Origin: a virus | Lineage: Duplodnaviria > Caudoviricetes | Length of the DNA stretch: 27,693 nt | Direction: 5' to 3' (one strand) | IMG/VR virus record: IMGVR_UViG_3300005805_009915 | Location: 1-27,693 of that record | In this document: piece after piece, positions 1 through 9,516 of the stretch | How positions within the stretch are numbered: position 1 is the stretch's first letter | Layout: each line of letters begins with the position of its first letter | Translations under genes and position numbers: made by a program | The notes under the pieces: model-generated | The model's input: the letters and a program-made list of their open reading frames with translations, nothing else | Databases searched by the model: none | Told to the model about the DNA's origin: nothing

Positions 1-234
1 TTAGAACGTTCCTCCGTCTACCGCTGGTATAGTTTTAATAACATATTTATTTAGCGTTTCATCATATACTAGCACCTCATTGTTATCGGCATCTGAGGTA
101 TCAACGTCAGTTAGTTCAGATAGTCTGTCTACTTGTGTAGAAGCAACGGCCACGGTTCTGACCGTAGACCTTTGCTGATTATTTATCGAAACTCTATTTG
201 GAGTTGTAGACCTTAATATTACTTTCGTGCCCAT
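1..234 (-). CDS. Small putative virion/fibre-associated protein (77 aa)
   Basis: LSELTDVD...VLVYD and terminal DGGTF motifs resemble those in fibre-associated proteins of T4-like phages; lies at the end of the structural run. Confidence 0.55.
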   Translation of the reverse strand: MGTKVILRSTTPNRVSINNQQRSTVRTVAVASTQVDRLSELTDVDTSDADNNEVLVYDETLNKYVIKTIPAVDGGTF

Positions 235-237
235 TGG

Positions 238-576
238 TTATCTCGTAATTTGAGGGGTTACTGTGATAATTCCTTCAAGCACTCTACTTACAATTCCATT
301 CGTATCGACAGTTTCCAAGTCAAAAAGATAACGACCTGCTTTTATTAGTGTTGTGTTGGCCGCTGTCATGGACATGGTAATTTCGCCATTTGCATAATTA
401 GAAATCGTGCAAGTGATATTAGCTGTTGCATTTGCTGAATAATAAGAACGGCGCATTTGACTGCGAACTGTATAACCAAGGATATTCAAAGACGCATTAC
501 TCAAATCGTCAGTCAGATTGATGACGTTATTGAACGATGCTCCTTGATCCATTATAAGTTCTACATATGCTGCCAT
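238..576 (-). CDS. Conserved small virion structural protein, BppU/LtfC-like Ig fold (112 aa)
   Basis: MAAYVELIMDQGASF...GYTVRSQMRRSY...AGRYLFDLE...RVLEGIITVTP pattern common in T4-like phages; ATG at 576 sits just after the upstream stop, preferred over the 594 start. Confidence 0.65.
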   Translation of the reverse strand: MAAYVELIMDQGASFNNVINLTDDLSNASLNILGYTVRSQMRRSYYSANATANITCTISNYANGEITMSMTAANTTLIKAGRYLFDLETVDTNGIVSRVLEGIITVTPQITR

Positions 577-577
577 A

Positions 578-2734
578 TTAGTTACCCCACACAACAGTTC
601 CAGTAGAATCTTTAATCAATAGCTGTCTATCAGAACTATCATAAAGAGCGGAAGACTTTAAAGATGTTGCAACTAGAGATCCGCTAGATGGATTATACGA
701 CAATGCTGTTGCAACATTAGCATTAGCAAGTGTTCCTGTTGTTTTATCTGTAAATATAATATATCTTGTTGCAGATATCGCATCTGTCTGTATAACAGTT
801 ACACCAGTATTTGCTCTTGTATATGCATCATTTGCTTGATTTCTTGCTGTGTTGGCCTGTTCAAAGGAAACGTTAGCGTGAACTCTAGCAGTGTTTGCTT
901 GTAGTAATCCTGCGTTGGCCGATGCATGTGCTGTATTAGCATGATCTCGGGCTGTATTAGCCTGTAAAAATGCAGAACCAATACCAAGACCTGTATTAGC
1001 AGCTAAGAATGCAGCATTAGCATGATCGCGGGCTGTATTAGCTTGACCAAATGTTACTTGAATTGTTGGGACAACATTCATTGCACCAACTAGAAGTGAA
1101 CCGGAAATATTAGCTGTGCCGTTGGCATCTAGTACGTGTCTTGGATTACTTGTGTTGAATCCGTGGCGTCCTGCACCATCTTGCTTATAACCAAACGAAC
1201 TATCTGTCCATGGTCCAATTACAAGATTTGCGCCATCATCGGTAGCTCCACGACTATAAATGATAGATGCATCTCTGTCGAGCATCAAGTCGCTCCATGC
1301 GCCCACACTTGTATTCGCATTTAACTGAATAGATTGTGTTCCATTCATAAATTCTGCTAGAGGAATAACGTTCGCAACACCAATCCAAGCATTGACAGAA
1401 AGTCTTATGCCTTGAGTTGTTCCATCGCCAATTGTAAGATTGCCTGTAGGTATCTGTAAATTTCCAACAAAAGACGCGCCTGATGTGTTTGATAGAGCAC
1501 TATTAGCAGCCGAGAATGCAGCATTAGCGTGGATTCTAGCTGTGTTAGCCTGCAATTGTCCAGCATTGGCTGATGCGTGTGCTGTATTAGCATGAACTCT
1601 AGCCGTATTAGCTTGTTCGTATGCGGCGTTAGCATTATCAAACGCTGCTTTATTTGCTTCAAGGATAGGTGCTTGACCTCCAGATACAGAATTTGCAAGA
1701 GTGTATGCTGAGTTTGCTTTTTCAAAAGCCGAGTTAGCATGAACTCTTGATGTGTTAGCTTGTTCAAAAGAAACATTAGCGTGGATTCTAGCTGTATTAG
1801 CCTGATCAAATGATGCATTAGCGTGAACTCTGGCTGTATTAGCTTGTAAAAATCCTGCGTTAGCTTGAAGGAAAGCTAGATTAGATGTATCGCCGATATT
1901 TCCAATGCCGATAACTTGAGAAGAAACATTTATTCTATTTCCTGCCGCGTCATCTTCAACTATCGTAACTATAGTTCCGGTAGGAATAAAGTTCAGAATA
2001 TTTCTAGTAGAACGAATTTGCGTCATTCCATTAGATAGCGTATTAGCAACTGAAAGATTGTTTGCGGAATTAGCTACTGCAAAAGCAGCATTAGCATGAC
2101 CAAAAGCTAGATTTGCATGAACTCTAGCCGTGTTAGCCTGCAACTGTCCTGCATTAGCTGAAGCATGAGCAGTGTTAGCGTGATCTCTAGCTGTATCTGC
2201 TTGTAATAGACCAGCATTAGCTGAAGCGTAAGCAGTGTTAGCGTGGGTTCTAGCTGTGTTAGCTTGTTCAAAGGAAACGTTAGCATGAACTCTTGCGGTG
2301 TTAGCCTGATCAAAAGAGACGTTTGCATGAACTCTTGCTGTGTTAGCCTGATCAAATGATGCATTAGCGTGAACTCTGGCTGTATTAGCCTGAATAAATG
2401 CAGCATTCGCTACAGAATTTATAACGTTTGCGTCGTTGGAAACTAACACTAATCTTGCATCTGTGTTTGCAAGAGCAGCAAAGACAATATTAACAGCATT
2501 GGCTGTAGCAACATTTATCGTTGATCTATCTAAAACACTATTGGAAACATTGAGTGTGAAATATAGGGTATCGTTTCTTTTAATGTTTCTTGCTGAAACA
2601 GTTAATGCGGTTGTATTTGAGACCGCATTAATTAACTGTTGCGTTTCAATTTCATTGACAAAATGAATTACTTGATTTGTGATATTGCGCCACTCATCAA
2701 ATGTGTTGTTTAGTGTGACATTTGCTAGTGCCAT
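578..2734 (-). CDS. Tail fibre/whisker-like protein with Ala/Asn heptad coiled-coil repeats (718 aa)
   Basis: N-terminal TFDEWRNITN attachment-type motif; three clusters of QANTARxHANx(A/S)F repeats separated by globular segments; GRHGFNTSNPRHVLDANG fibre-type motif. Confidence 0.75.
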   Translation of the reverse strand: MALANVTLNNTFDEWRNITNQVIHFVNEIETQQLINAVSNTTALTVSARNIKRNDTLYFTLNVSNSVLDRSTINVATANAVNIVFAALANTDARLVLVSNDANVINSVANAAFIQANTARVHANASFDQANTARVHANVSFDQANTARVHANVSFEQANTARTHANTAYASANAGLLQADTARDHANTAHASANAGQLQANTARVHANLAFGHANAAFAVANSANNLSVANTLSNGMTQIRSTRNILNFIPTGTIVTIVEDDAAGNRINVSSQVIGIGNIGDTSNLAFLQANAGFLQANTARVHANASFDQANTARIHANVSFEQANTSRVHANSAFEKANSAYTLANSVSGGQAPILEANKAAFDNANAAYEQANTARVHANTAHASANAGQLQANTARIHANAAFSAANSALSNTSGASFVGNLQIPTGNLTIGDGTTQGIRLSVNAWIGVANVIPLAEFMNGTQSIQLNANTSVGAWSDLMLDRDASIIYSRGATDDGANLVIGPWTDSSFGYKQDGAGRHGFNTSNPRHVLDANGTANISGSLLVGAMNVVPTIQVTFGQANTARDHANAAFLAANTGLGIGSAFLQANTARDHANTAHASANAGLLQANTARVHANVSFEQANTARNQANDAYTRANTGVTVIQTDAISATRYIIFTDKTTGTLANANVATALSYNPSSGSLVATSLKSSALYDSSDRQLLIKDSTGTVVWGN
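805..2402 (-). repeat. Coding tandem repeats of 42/63-nt units (14/21 aa) in three clusters at about 805-1050, 1500-1880 and 2060-2402
   Basis: Recurrent gctgt(a/g)ttagc / gcattagc / gaactc units; exact 47-nt copy at 1797-1843 and 2343-2389. Confidence 0.9.
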
Positions 2735-2735
2735 T

Positions 2736-2975
2736 TTACTTTGCCAATCCTCTTAGGAGTTCTTTTATTTCCTGCATGTCTGTTTTGACTGATTCCAAAT
2801 CAGATAGCTTTTCTTTTATACTATTTATCTCAGCACTAACATCGCGCACATTATTCATCATCGCCTTACGACTTCTATATTCATTTGCTATGTTTCTGTC
2901 AGACAATAGAATTGCTCCACTATACGTATCTTTTCTAAGTTCTTCGTGTTCTTTTATTTTAGCCAAATTTTCCAT
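2736..2975 (-). CDS. Conserved hypothetical coiled-coil protein (79 aa)
   Basis: LRKDTYSGAIL...EIKELL pattern of the small gene that follows DUF4815-type genes in T4-like phages; TGATG overlap with the upstream gene. Confidence 0.65.
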   Translation of the reverse strand: MENLAKIKEHEELRKDTYSGAILLSDRNIANEYRSRKAMMNNVRDVSAEINSIKEKLSDLESVKTDMQEIKELLRGLAK

Positions 2976-5900
2976 CAGTACGCATCCTCTGGAAGGGCTG
3001 TTGCACGAACGTCTAGAACATAAGGAATAGAATTTGCTACAGTGCTTCTAGAAGACAGAACAATCTTGATAGCAAACTGATTAAAAGTCTTGTATGTTGT
3101 TGTATCTGTTGAATATGTAATATTGTTTGATGTTAGAGATGGTCTATATTCATATTCGACAGGCTGTCTGTTTACCGAGAAGGTATACTGACTTGTCTTT
3201 TGAGTCATACGTACCCAATCGCGGTCTTCAATCTTTTGCGGATCAAGAGCGTTACGTACCTTATAATACACATTAACGTTTGAACCAGGTGGTTTTACGG
3301 CTGTCAAGAATACTCTCAAGTCGCCAGCATCAAATCCATCAATCAAAGTAACAGTCTTTGAAATGTATCTGGCCAAAGCTGGACCACCAGATGAACTTGT
3401 TTCAGATGATACGCTGACAGTTGCTCCAGTTCCTGAACCACCACCGATAGTTGCTGTAACATCATCAACATATCCAACTCCTGGACTATCAACATAAATC
3501 CCAACAATTGTTCCAGTTGTATCCGAAGCTACTGCCCAAGCATTTGCTCCATATCCTACATTGCTTGTGATAGTTACATATGCGTTTGTTGTATCATAGT
3601 TTGATCCTGGATTTGTAATTGTAAACCTATCGGCTGTTAGACCAGTATCATTAATCAGATTTTCAATTGTTACCATATTTTGTCTGTTATGATAGATGAT
3701 AGGAGAAACATCTGGATTTTTTGTAGACATGTCAATACGGACAGACATAGACTTATTTGCCAATTGAGGATTGAAAACAAGATTTCTTTCTTCTAAGTCA
3801 AATCTTCTGTCGGCATCAAAGTTTGTATATGTTGATGCTAAAATCTTAGATGTATTTGATGCACCTTTGAAATAGTATTGCAACTTAGTATTGTTAATTT
3901 CAATAGCATCGGATCTTAATTCAAATGCATCATAGTAAGTGTTGGCTTTAATTTCATCAAATGAATTGTAGTCTACATTTGCTGTCAATTCTCTACGCAT
4001 AGCAACTTTATCTTCTTCAAATATTGCAGTGCCAGATGTTGATGTAAAGTTGCACTTATTCAATACAAACATCAAGTCTTCGTTTTGAAGAGGAGTCCAA
4101 GTTCCTCTACCCTTACCGTTACTTTGAGACTTGAAGAAAGAACCCAAGAACGGCTGTTTTGAAATTTTTCTATCAGTGCCAAGTACAGTTCCACCTAGTT
4201 CTGCTGAATAATAATCATAACCGAAATCATCTGTAACAGCCACAATGGCATATTCATATCCTGCATTTAGATATACTGGACTTGGGAATGTAAATCTAGT
4301 TGCAGTCAATGAGTTAGATGTGTTTGGAAAATTTGATACATTAATATCTTCAATATCTACTATAGTTGTTGCACCAGGAATAATTTTGTCGTTTCTTGGT
4401 ATGCCGTTTTCAACTGGTCTAATTTGGACTTCTACAGGAAGCAACTCGCCCTTGTTTTTGAAGAACAAATCAACAGATGAAACAAATACTCCATCTGGAC
4501 TCTCTACGGCAGAGACAAAGAATGATTGTGCGATAGGATCGTCACCGTCGCCATATGTTTGACAGCACGATACGCATCTAGAACATGAGCCGTACGGACA
4601 GTTTCCATCTTTACCTGGTTCTCTCCAATATGTAAATTTTGGTCTACAAGAAGGCGTTCTACTCTTGGTAGGCGGAACAGAAGGTGACTTAGACTTTGAT
4701 GGCGGCGGCGTTGTCACAGGTGGTTTTGGTGATGTAACAGGTGGAACTTGTGGAGTTCTTGTCGTAGGTATAGGCGACCTTGACTTTGACTGTGACGGCG
4801 GCGGTGTTGTATAAGTTGGACTTGGTGTTGGAGAAGGATCCGGAGTCTGAGTAGGAGTAATAGAACGTGTTGGCGTTTTTGTTATTGGTGTTTTTGATGG
4901 TGTTCTGCTAACAGTACGAGTTGTACTTGGTGTTGGAGGAGGCAACAAAATTGCTATATCTTCATCTCTGCTACGTTCAATAAGTTGAGCAACAGACTGT
5001 TCTAGGCCATTTGAAACGAAACGATACTGTGCTTTTGTTGTAACACTACCTACACCAAATTCAGGATCATTTATACCATAGTAAGGATTATCGACAATTC
5101 GGAATGTTCTTTCGCCTGTTCTAAATCTAATCTCAGGATTTTTGTTTGGATCAGGAACATGGAATACACCAGAAACGATACCTCTAGATGTGGTAAATGT
5201 TGACGGATATGTATTAGATGAATACCAACTTCTGTAATCACCAATAGTGTAGATTAGTTCGTCATCTTTTGGATTGATCTTTAATTCTGGTTCAACATAT
5301 GCAGTTTTTGTGGCGCAGTTGTAGCTTATAATTTCCGCAGATTGTCCTGCATCAGAACCATTAACAATTGTAATGGTATTACCAACATAATAATCGTCAG
5401 TTGTGCCATTGGCATCAAGAGCAAAAAAGATTGTATCATTAGAAGAATTTAATCTTAAAAATCCTGATTGGTGTTCATAACTAATCAAAGATGTTGAGTA
5501 ACTAGTATCTTTGACAGTTACAGTGGCACTTGCAGCAAACTCGGCAGGAGTATCAAACTCAGAAACATAAAATACTGCATTTCCTGTATCAAGACTTCTT
5601 TCAACATGTAAAATTCTAGCAGACGAAGAACCAATTTTTAGAGTCTTTTGATTGCCTGCTCTCAAATCACTAACAACATTACTAGATGCAACTTTAATAA
5701 CATTGGGCTTTTGAATAAGTCTGTTAACGCTCACTCCATCAAAATAGAACCATATTTCTCTTTCAGGACGAAGTCTGTAACCAACAAAATCTATAGCTAA
5801 GGCTCTCATATAAGGAATAACAGAAACGCCTGTGACAACACTTCCTATAGTCTTATCGACTGTAGTTGTGTTTGTGACAATCTGTGCGTTGTCAACAAGA

Positions 5901-5989
5901 GTGCTATTTGTTCCTGTTCTTGGCTTAGTAGAAGGAACTGTTGCTGTTGCGCCTGTTATTCTTGGATCTGTGGACGTTGTACTTGCCAT
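2975..5989 (-). CDS. Large virion structural protein, C-terminal half of a DUF4815/VrlC-like baseplate-associated protein (1004 aa)
   Basis: IPYMR, FRTGERTFR, DPIAQSFFV...GVFVSSVDLFF, TRFTFPSPVYL, QPFLGSFFKSQ, EDLMF, ARYISKTVTL, FNQFAIKIVL motifs. Confidence 0.8.
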   Translation of the reverse strand: MASTTSTDPRITGATATVPSTKPRTGTNSTLVDNAQIVTNTTTVDKTIGSVVTGVSVIPYMRALAIDFVGYRLRPEREIWFYFDGVSVNRLIQKPNVIKVASSNVVSDLRAGNQKTLKIGSSSARILHVERSLDTGNAVFYVSEFDTPAEFAASATVTVKDTSYSTSLISYEHQSGFLRLNSSNDTIFFALDANGTTDDYYVGNTITIVNGSDAGQSAEIISYNCATKTAYVEPELKINPKDDELIYTIGDYRSWYSSNTYPSTFTTSRGIVSGVFHVPDPNKNPEIRFRTGERTFRIVDNPYYGINDPEFGVGSVTTKAQYRFVSNGLEQSVAQLIERSRDEDIAILLPPPTPSTTRTVSRTPSKTPITKTPTRSITPTQTPDPSPTPSPTYTTPPPSQSKSRSPIPTTRTPQVPPVTSPKPPVTTPPPSKSKSPSVPPTKSRTPSCRPKFTYWREPGKDGNCPYGSCSRCVSCCQTYGDGDDPIAQSFFVSAVESPDGVFVSSVDLFFKNKGELLPVEVQIRPVENGIPRNDKIIPGATTIVDIEDINVSNFPNTSNSLTATRFTFPSPVYLNAGYEYAIVAVTDDFGYDYYSAELGGTVLGTDRKISKQPFLGSFFKSQSNGKGRGTWTPLQNEDLMFVLNKCNFTSTSGTAIFEEDKVAMRRELTANVDYNSFDEIKANTYYDAFELRSDAIEINNTKLQYYFKGASNTSKILASTYTNFDADRRFDLEERNLVFNPQLANKSMSVRIDMSTKNPDVSPIIYHNRQNMVTIENLINDTGLTADRFTITNPGSNYDTTNAYVTITSNVGYGANAWAVASDTTGTIVGIYVDSPGVGYVDDVTATIGGGSGTGATVSVSSETSSSGGPALARYISKTVTLIDGFDAGDLRVFLTAVKPPGSNVNVYYKVRNALDPQKIEDRDWVRMTQKTSQYTFSVNRQPVEYEYRPSLTSNNITYSTDTTTYKTFNQFAIKIVLSSRSTVANSIPYVLDVRATALPEDAY

Positions 5990-6011
5990 CTTTTAAAATG
6001 CCTTTTTACAC

Positions 6012-6019
6012 TATTTATT
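6012..6019 (-). promoter_or_regulatory. T4-type late promoter-like box AATAAATA
   Basis: One mismatch to TATAAATA; overlaps the stop of the 1161-aa gene, 22 nt upstream of the ATG at 5989. Confidence 0.6.
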
Positions 6020-9000
6020 ATCTGCTCTGTGAGTTTACAATGCTTCGAAGCGTTTGCTTAGTAGTAACTTGACCTACACCATCGTCTGTAAAGATGATGT
6101 CTGGTGCTTTTTTGGTCGAATACCAGTTGTCCGATTCAGGACTCATAATGATGTTGCCTTCAAATCCGCCGTACAAGAATTCGGCCAGAGGAGCAAACTT
6201 ACTTGCAACAGTCTGAGAAATATATTCAACTTCATCATAGTTTAGAATTATCTTATTAGATGTTACTGTGCAACCTGCCCACTCACCCGAATCAGTATTT
6301 GCCTTTAGTTTTATACCTAAAGTTTCTGTCTGATTTTGTAACCAACCTTCACGGAAGTTCATAGCACAAGCATAATCTTCTGAATTTGGATTACCTAGTA
6401 CGTGAGATGTAAAACTATCTACAAATATACCATATTTTGTTCTGTCTAGACCATCAACGTCTGGAATTGTGATATCAAGAGCATTCTTTTCTAGAGTGCT
6501 TAGAGATACATAATACTCAAGATTTTCAACACGCTTTTCAATTTGTCCAATGTCGCGCATTGTATAACGCTTGTTATCGATATACTTAACAGAAACGTTG
6601 CTTGGATACTCAGTATATGGAGGAATACCAAGAGAATACAATACCATCGCAGTTGCTGGTGCAGTTGGTTCTTGAGGATACTTGGATGGAATACCTTCAA
6701 CAACCAAGAACTGCTTGTTCTTGTCAATAACGATCAAGTCTTTGCGACCAAGATAATATTCATAGTCCAGCTCAAAGTCTGTTGTAGGAAGAGGAATCTT
6801 CACTCCCTGTAGAGTAAAGTTAGGTGAAGTATTTGTTGCATTTTGTCTTGTTGGTCTAAAGTCAATACAATCTCTCAACTCGACTACTGTACCATCATTC
6901 TTAACAAATTGTGGAATAATTGAATATCCATCGCCAATGTAAGCGCCGTTCTCATATAGTGATGTAGTTAGACTTGGATAGGAATCAACTGAGAAATATC
7001 CGCCGCCACCAGATGATATTGCAGAATGTTCGTAATATCGACAACAAACTAGCAATGGTCCTCTACATGCTGCATAATTTGGTTTCAATCTAATTGATGC
7101 GTGATCATAGAAGTTATCTCTTTGACCACTATCTAATTCATATCTATTTGTTACATCACTGAAACCAGACAAATCTGCACCAGCCGGAGGAATATTAAGT
7201 CCGTCCACTTCTGCGCCGTTTAAGTCGTATATTTTTACTGCTGAAACGTCTGTAATATAAAGGCTTTCACGAACACCAACTTCTCTAGATGGTTCAGTAA
7301 TTAAAACTTGACCGTCTGTTAGATAAACGTTAGCTGATGATCCAGTAGCAGCATTGTATAGATAAACTGGTGTGTTACTAGACATTACGTCCGACTTCAT
7401 CAAATAAAGAGTTTTTTGTTTTGGAGTCACACCAGGATCAAACTCAACTTTTGCAAAGACTGTTGCTGTAAATGTGTCATTCGGATCTGCACTTCCTGTA
7501 TCAAACACGGCCTGTTCAGGTGAACCAGAAACAACTACAGTCGGCTTAATAATATCTCCATTTGCTCTTGCACTTATTCCTTTATCTGTACAAACTACAA
7601 GGAAGTTGTTCATGATTGTAGATGAGATGTTGCTTGATGATGTAGCACCAAGCATATTTTCATTGTTATCTACCTGAATTGCTGCTGATACACCGGCAGT
7701 AAATGTTGTATTATATTTTCTTCTATAAGAATATGAAGCGTTTGTAATACCGTTAGCACCATAAGCAATATAGGTATCAGGTAGTGGAAATAGAAGTGTG
7801 CTTAGAGATGATTCACTAATAAGTGCAGCGCCAGTGGCAATACTTCCAGACTTACTAAGTGTGGAAATGTTTGCGGAAGCATTTGATGTTGCGCCAGAGG
7901 TAAAAGGATATTTCTTTATGAAAGAGTCTGCGCTGCCAAAGTTAAACTCAATTGCTGCTTGAGATGCATTTGTTGGTGTTTCAAATAGTGTAGTTGCAAG
8001 AGTAAATGTGTTTGAGTAACCATTATATGATGCAATGTTATAAGTATATCCTGCTCCTGCACCACCTGTAATTCTTAGCAATGCACCATCATATGCGCCG
8101 TTTGATCTTGTTAAAAGATTATTTCCATAAAGAACAATTGTATTACCAGATGCGTATGCTATATTTGACGAGATATTGATAAAGTTTGTGTCTAGGATAT
8201 AGAACTCATACTTTCTAGCATCAACATCTACATCGCCTGAGAAAAACTCAAGGTCTTTAATTCTACCATAACCAATTTTTGTTCTGTTATAATCTTCACT
8301 GGTATCATACTTAACATCAGCAGTTGATACGCAATGCATATCAAAAACGTCAGCAACAGATGTATCAAATACGCCGCGCAGCCCATCCACAATAACATAA
8401 TTACCGTAATTCATGTTCAAGTCCCACGCATCAACGGATTTTAATGTTCTGCCCTTTTTAATAGAAAGGTCTGTTGGTCCAGTAGTTTCAATTTCATATC
8501 CATAAACATATGCTTTACCAGGAGAAAGTGTGGCAGCTACGTTGTTGACAGCATCAAACTTATCTTCGTTCATTGTGAGATTGAAAGGCTTAACTGTATA
8601 GTTTCCAGATTCATCATATGTTCTTCTGGCTAAAACTTCTTCAATTTCAGAATAAATTGGATATTTTACAATATTTTTAATTATGCCTCTTTCAATACGT
8701 GCAAGTTCAATAAACTTCGAATCGTCTTCGCTGTCTAGACTTCTAGAAGAGAATATCAAATCTGCTTTATATCTTGATGCGCCAGGAGCTTGATAGTTGA
8801 AAGATTCTTGTGCAGGATCTAATAGCGTAGAATCAGACTGTTCCGTAACAATAGACTCATTTAATTGAAGACCAATTCGACAATTTGCAAGTTGACTAAA
8901 TTTGCTAACCACAATTGTCTGAGAAGGAACTTTTATGAAGTATCCGTTATAGAAGAAAATACTATCTTTTATTCCAGCAAAAGAACTTCCTGAGTTTACA

Positions 9001-9503
9001 TTTGATGAAGCTGTGTTTGCAAAAACGTTTTCATCCTTAATAACTAAAGTTGAAGTTCCATCTGGACGAAAGAAATTGCCCGACAAATAACTTCCGTGTA
9101 AAAGAGGCGGCTGATCTTCTGTGGCAGCTTCGACTTTTACAACTTTAAATTTTACTGTGTTTGCCGAGTCTGTAGAAACAATTAGTTTTTCATCAAACGA
9201 CTCAATATCAATATTAGTGTTGGCATAAGTAGGACTCAAGTTTATCGTAGAATAACCACTAAGCGAGTAAAATACCTCACCGCCAATAACCATTGAACCG
9301 TTTTCAAAAATATGACGACCAAATCTTTCAATCTGGTTTTGAAGAATAGTCTGTAGCTGAGTAAGTTCGCGGGCCTGAACTGCATAACCAGGTCTGAAAA
9401 GAATACGATAAAAATTCTTTTCTTCATTGAAGTCATCATAATATGGAAACACAGTTGTTTCTGTCGGAACTACCAGTGTGTTTGCAACGTTTGCTTTTGC
9501 CAT
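6018..9503 (-). CDS. Large virion structural protein, N-terminal half of a DUF4815/VrlC-like protein (1161 aa)
   Basis: PYYDDF...ILFRPGYAVQARELTQLQTILQNQIERFG, APGASRYK, LARRTYDESGNY, GQRDNFYD, LRDCIDFRP, NKRYTMRDIGQIEKRVENLEYY, GIFVDSF motifs. Confidence 0.85.
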   Translation of the reverse strand: MAKANVANTLVVPTETTVFPYYDDFNEEKNFYRILFRPGYAVQARELTQLQTILQNQIERFGRHIFENGSMVIGGEVFYSLSGYSTINLSPTYANTNIDIESFDEKLIVSTDSANTVKFKVVKVEAATEDQPPLLHGSYLSGNFFRPDGTSTLVIKDENVFANTASSNVNSGSSFAGIKDSIFFYNGYFIKVPSQTIVVSKFSQLANCRIGLQLNESIVTEQSDSTLLDPAQESFNYQAPGASRYKADLIFSSRSLDSEDDSKFIELARIERGIIKNIVKYPIYSEIEEVLARRTYDESGNYTVKPFNLTMNEDKFDAVNNVAATLSPGKAYVYGYEIETTGPTDLSIKKGRTLKSVDAWDLNMNYGNYVIVDGLRGVFDTSVADVFDMHCVSTADVKYDTSEDYNRTKIGYGRIKDLEFFSGDVDVDARKYEFYILDTNFINISSNIAYASGNTIVLYGNNLLTRSNGAYDGALLRITGGAGAGYTYNIASYNGYSNTFTLATTLFETPTNASQAAIEFNFGSADSFIKKYPFTSGATSNASANISTLSKSGSIATGAALISESSLSTLLFPLPDTYIAYGANGITNASYSYRRKYNTTFTAGVSAAIQVDNNENMLGATSSSNISSTIMNNFLVVCTDKGISARANGDIIKPTVVVSGSPEQAVFDTGSADPNDTFTATVFAKVEFDPGVTPKQKTLYLMKSDVMSSNTPVYLYNAATGSSANVYLTDGQVLITEPSREVGVRESLYITDVSAVKIYDLNGAEVDGLNIPPAGADLSGFSDVTNRYELDSGQRDNFYDHASIRLKPNYAACRGPLLVCCRYYEHSAISSGGGGYFSVDSYPSLTTSLYENGAYIGDGYSIIPQFVKNDGTVVELRDCIDFRPTRQNATNTSPNFTLQGVKIPLPTTDFELDYEYYLGRKDLIVIDKNKQFLVVEGIPSKYPQEPTAPATAMVLYSLGIPPYTEYPSNVSVKYIDNKRYTMRDIGQIEKRVENLEYYVSLSTLEKNALDITIPDVDGLDRTKYGIFVDSFTSHVLGNPNSEDYACAMNFREGWLQNQTETLGIKLKANTDSGEWAGCTVTSNKIILNYDEVEYISQTVASKFAPLAEFLYGGFEGNIIMSPESDNWYSTKKAPDIIFTDDGVGQVTTKQTLRSIVNSQSR

Positions 9504-9516
9504 TTTTATCTATGCC

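Noticed and set aside
44-51. AATAAATA box within the leftmost ORF
   Set aside because: It could be a late promoter for a gene outside the window, but it is inside AT-rich coding sequence and cannot be assessed here
232-240. In-frame TAA CCA ATG junction between the two leftmost genes as a readthrough site
   Set aside because: The upstream protein ends at a typical C-terminus (VTPQITR), and in-frame neighbours arise by chance one time in three
805-2402. Regularly spaced repeats as a CRISPR array or DGR template/variable pair
   Set aside because: They are in-frame coding units varying mostly at synonymous sites, with no unique spacers, no adenine-specific variation, and no cas or reverse transcriptase gene in the window
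799-2406. Alternative-frame repetitive ORFs (799-987, 1405-1818, 2107-2406)
   Set aside because: They are shadows of the fibre repeats in another frame, with no RBS or recognisable motifs
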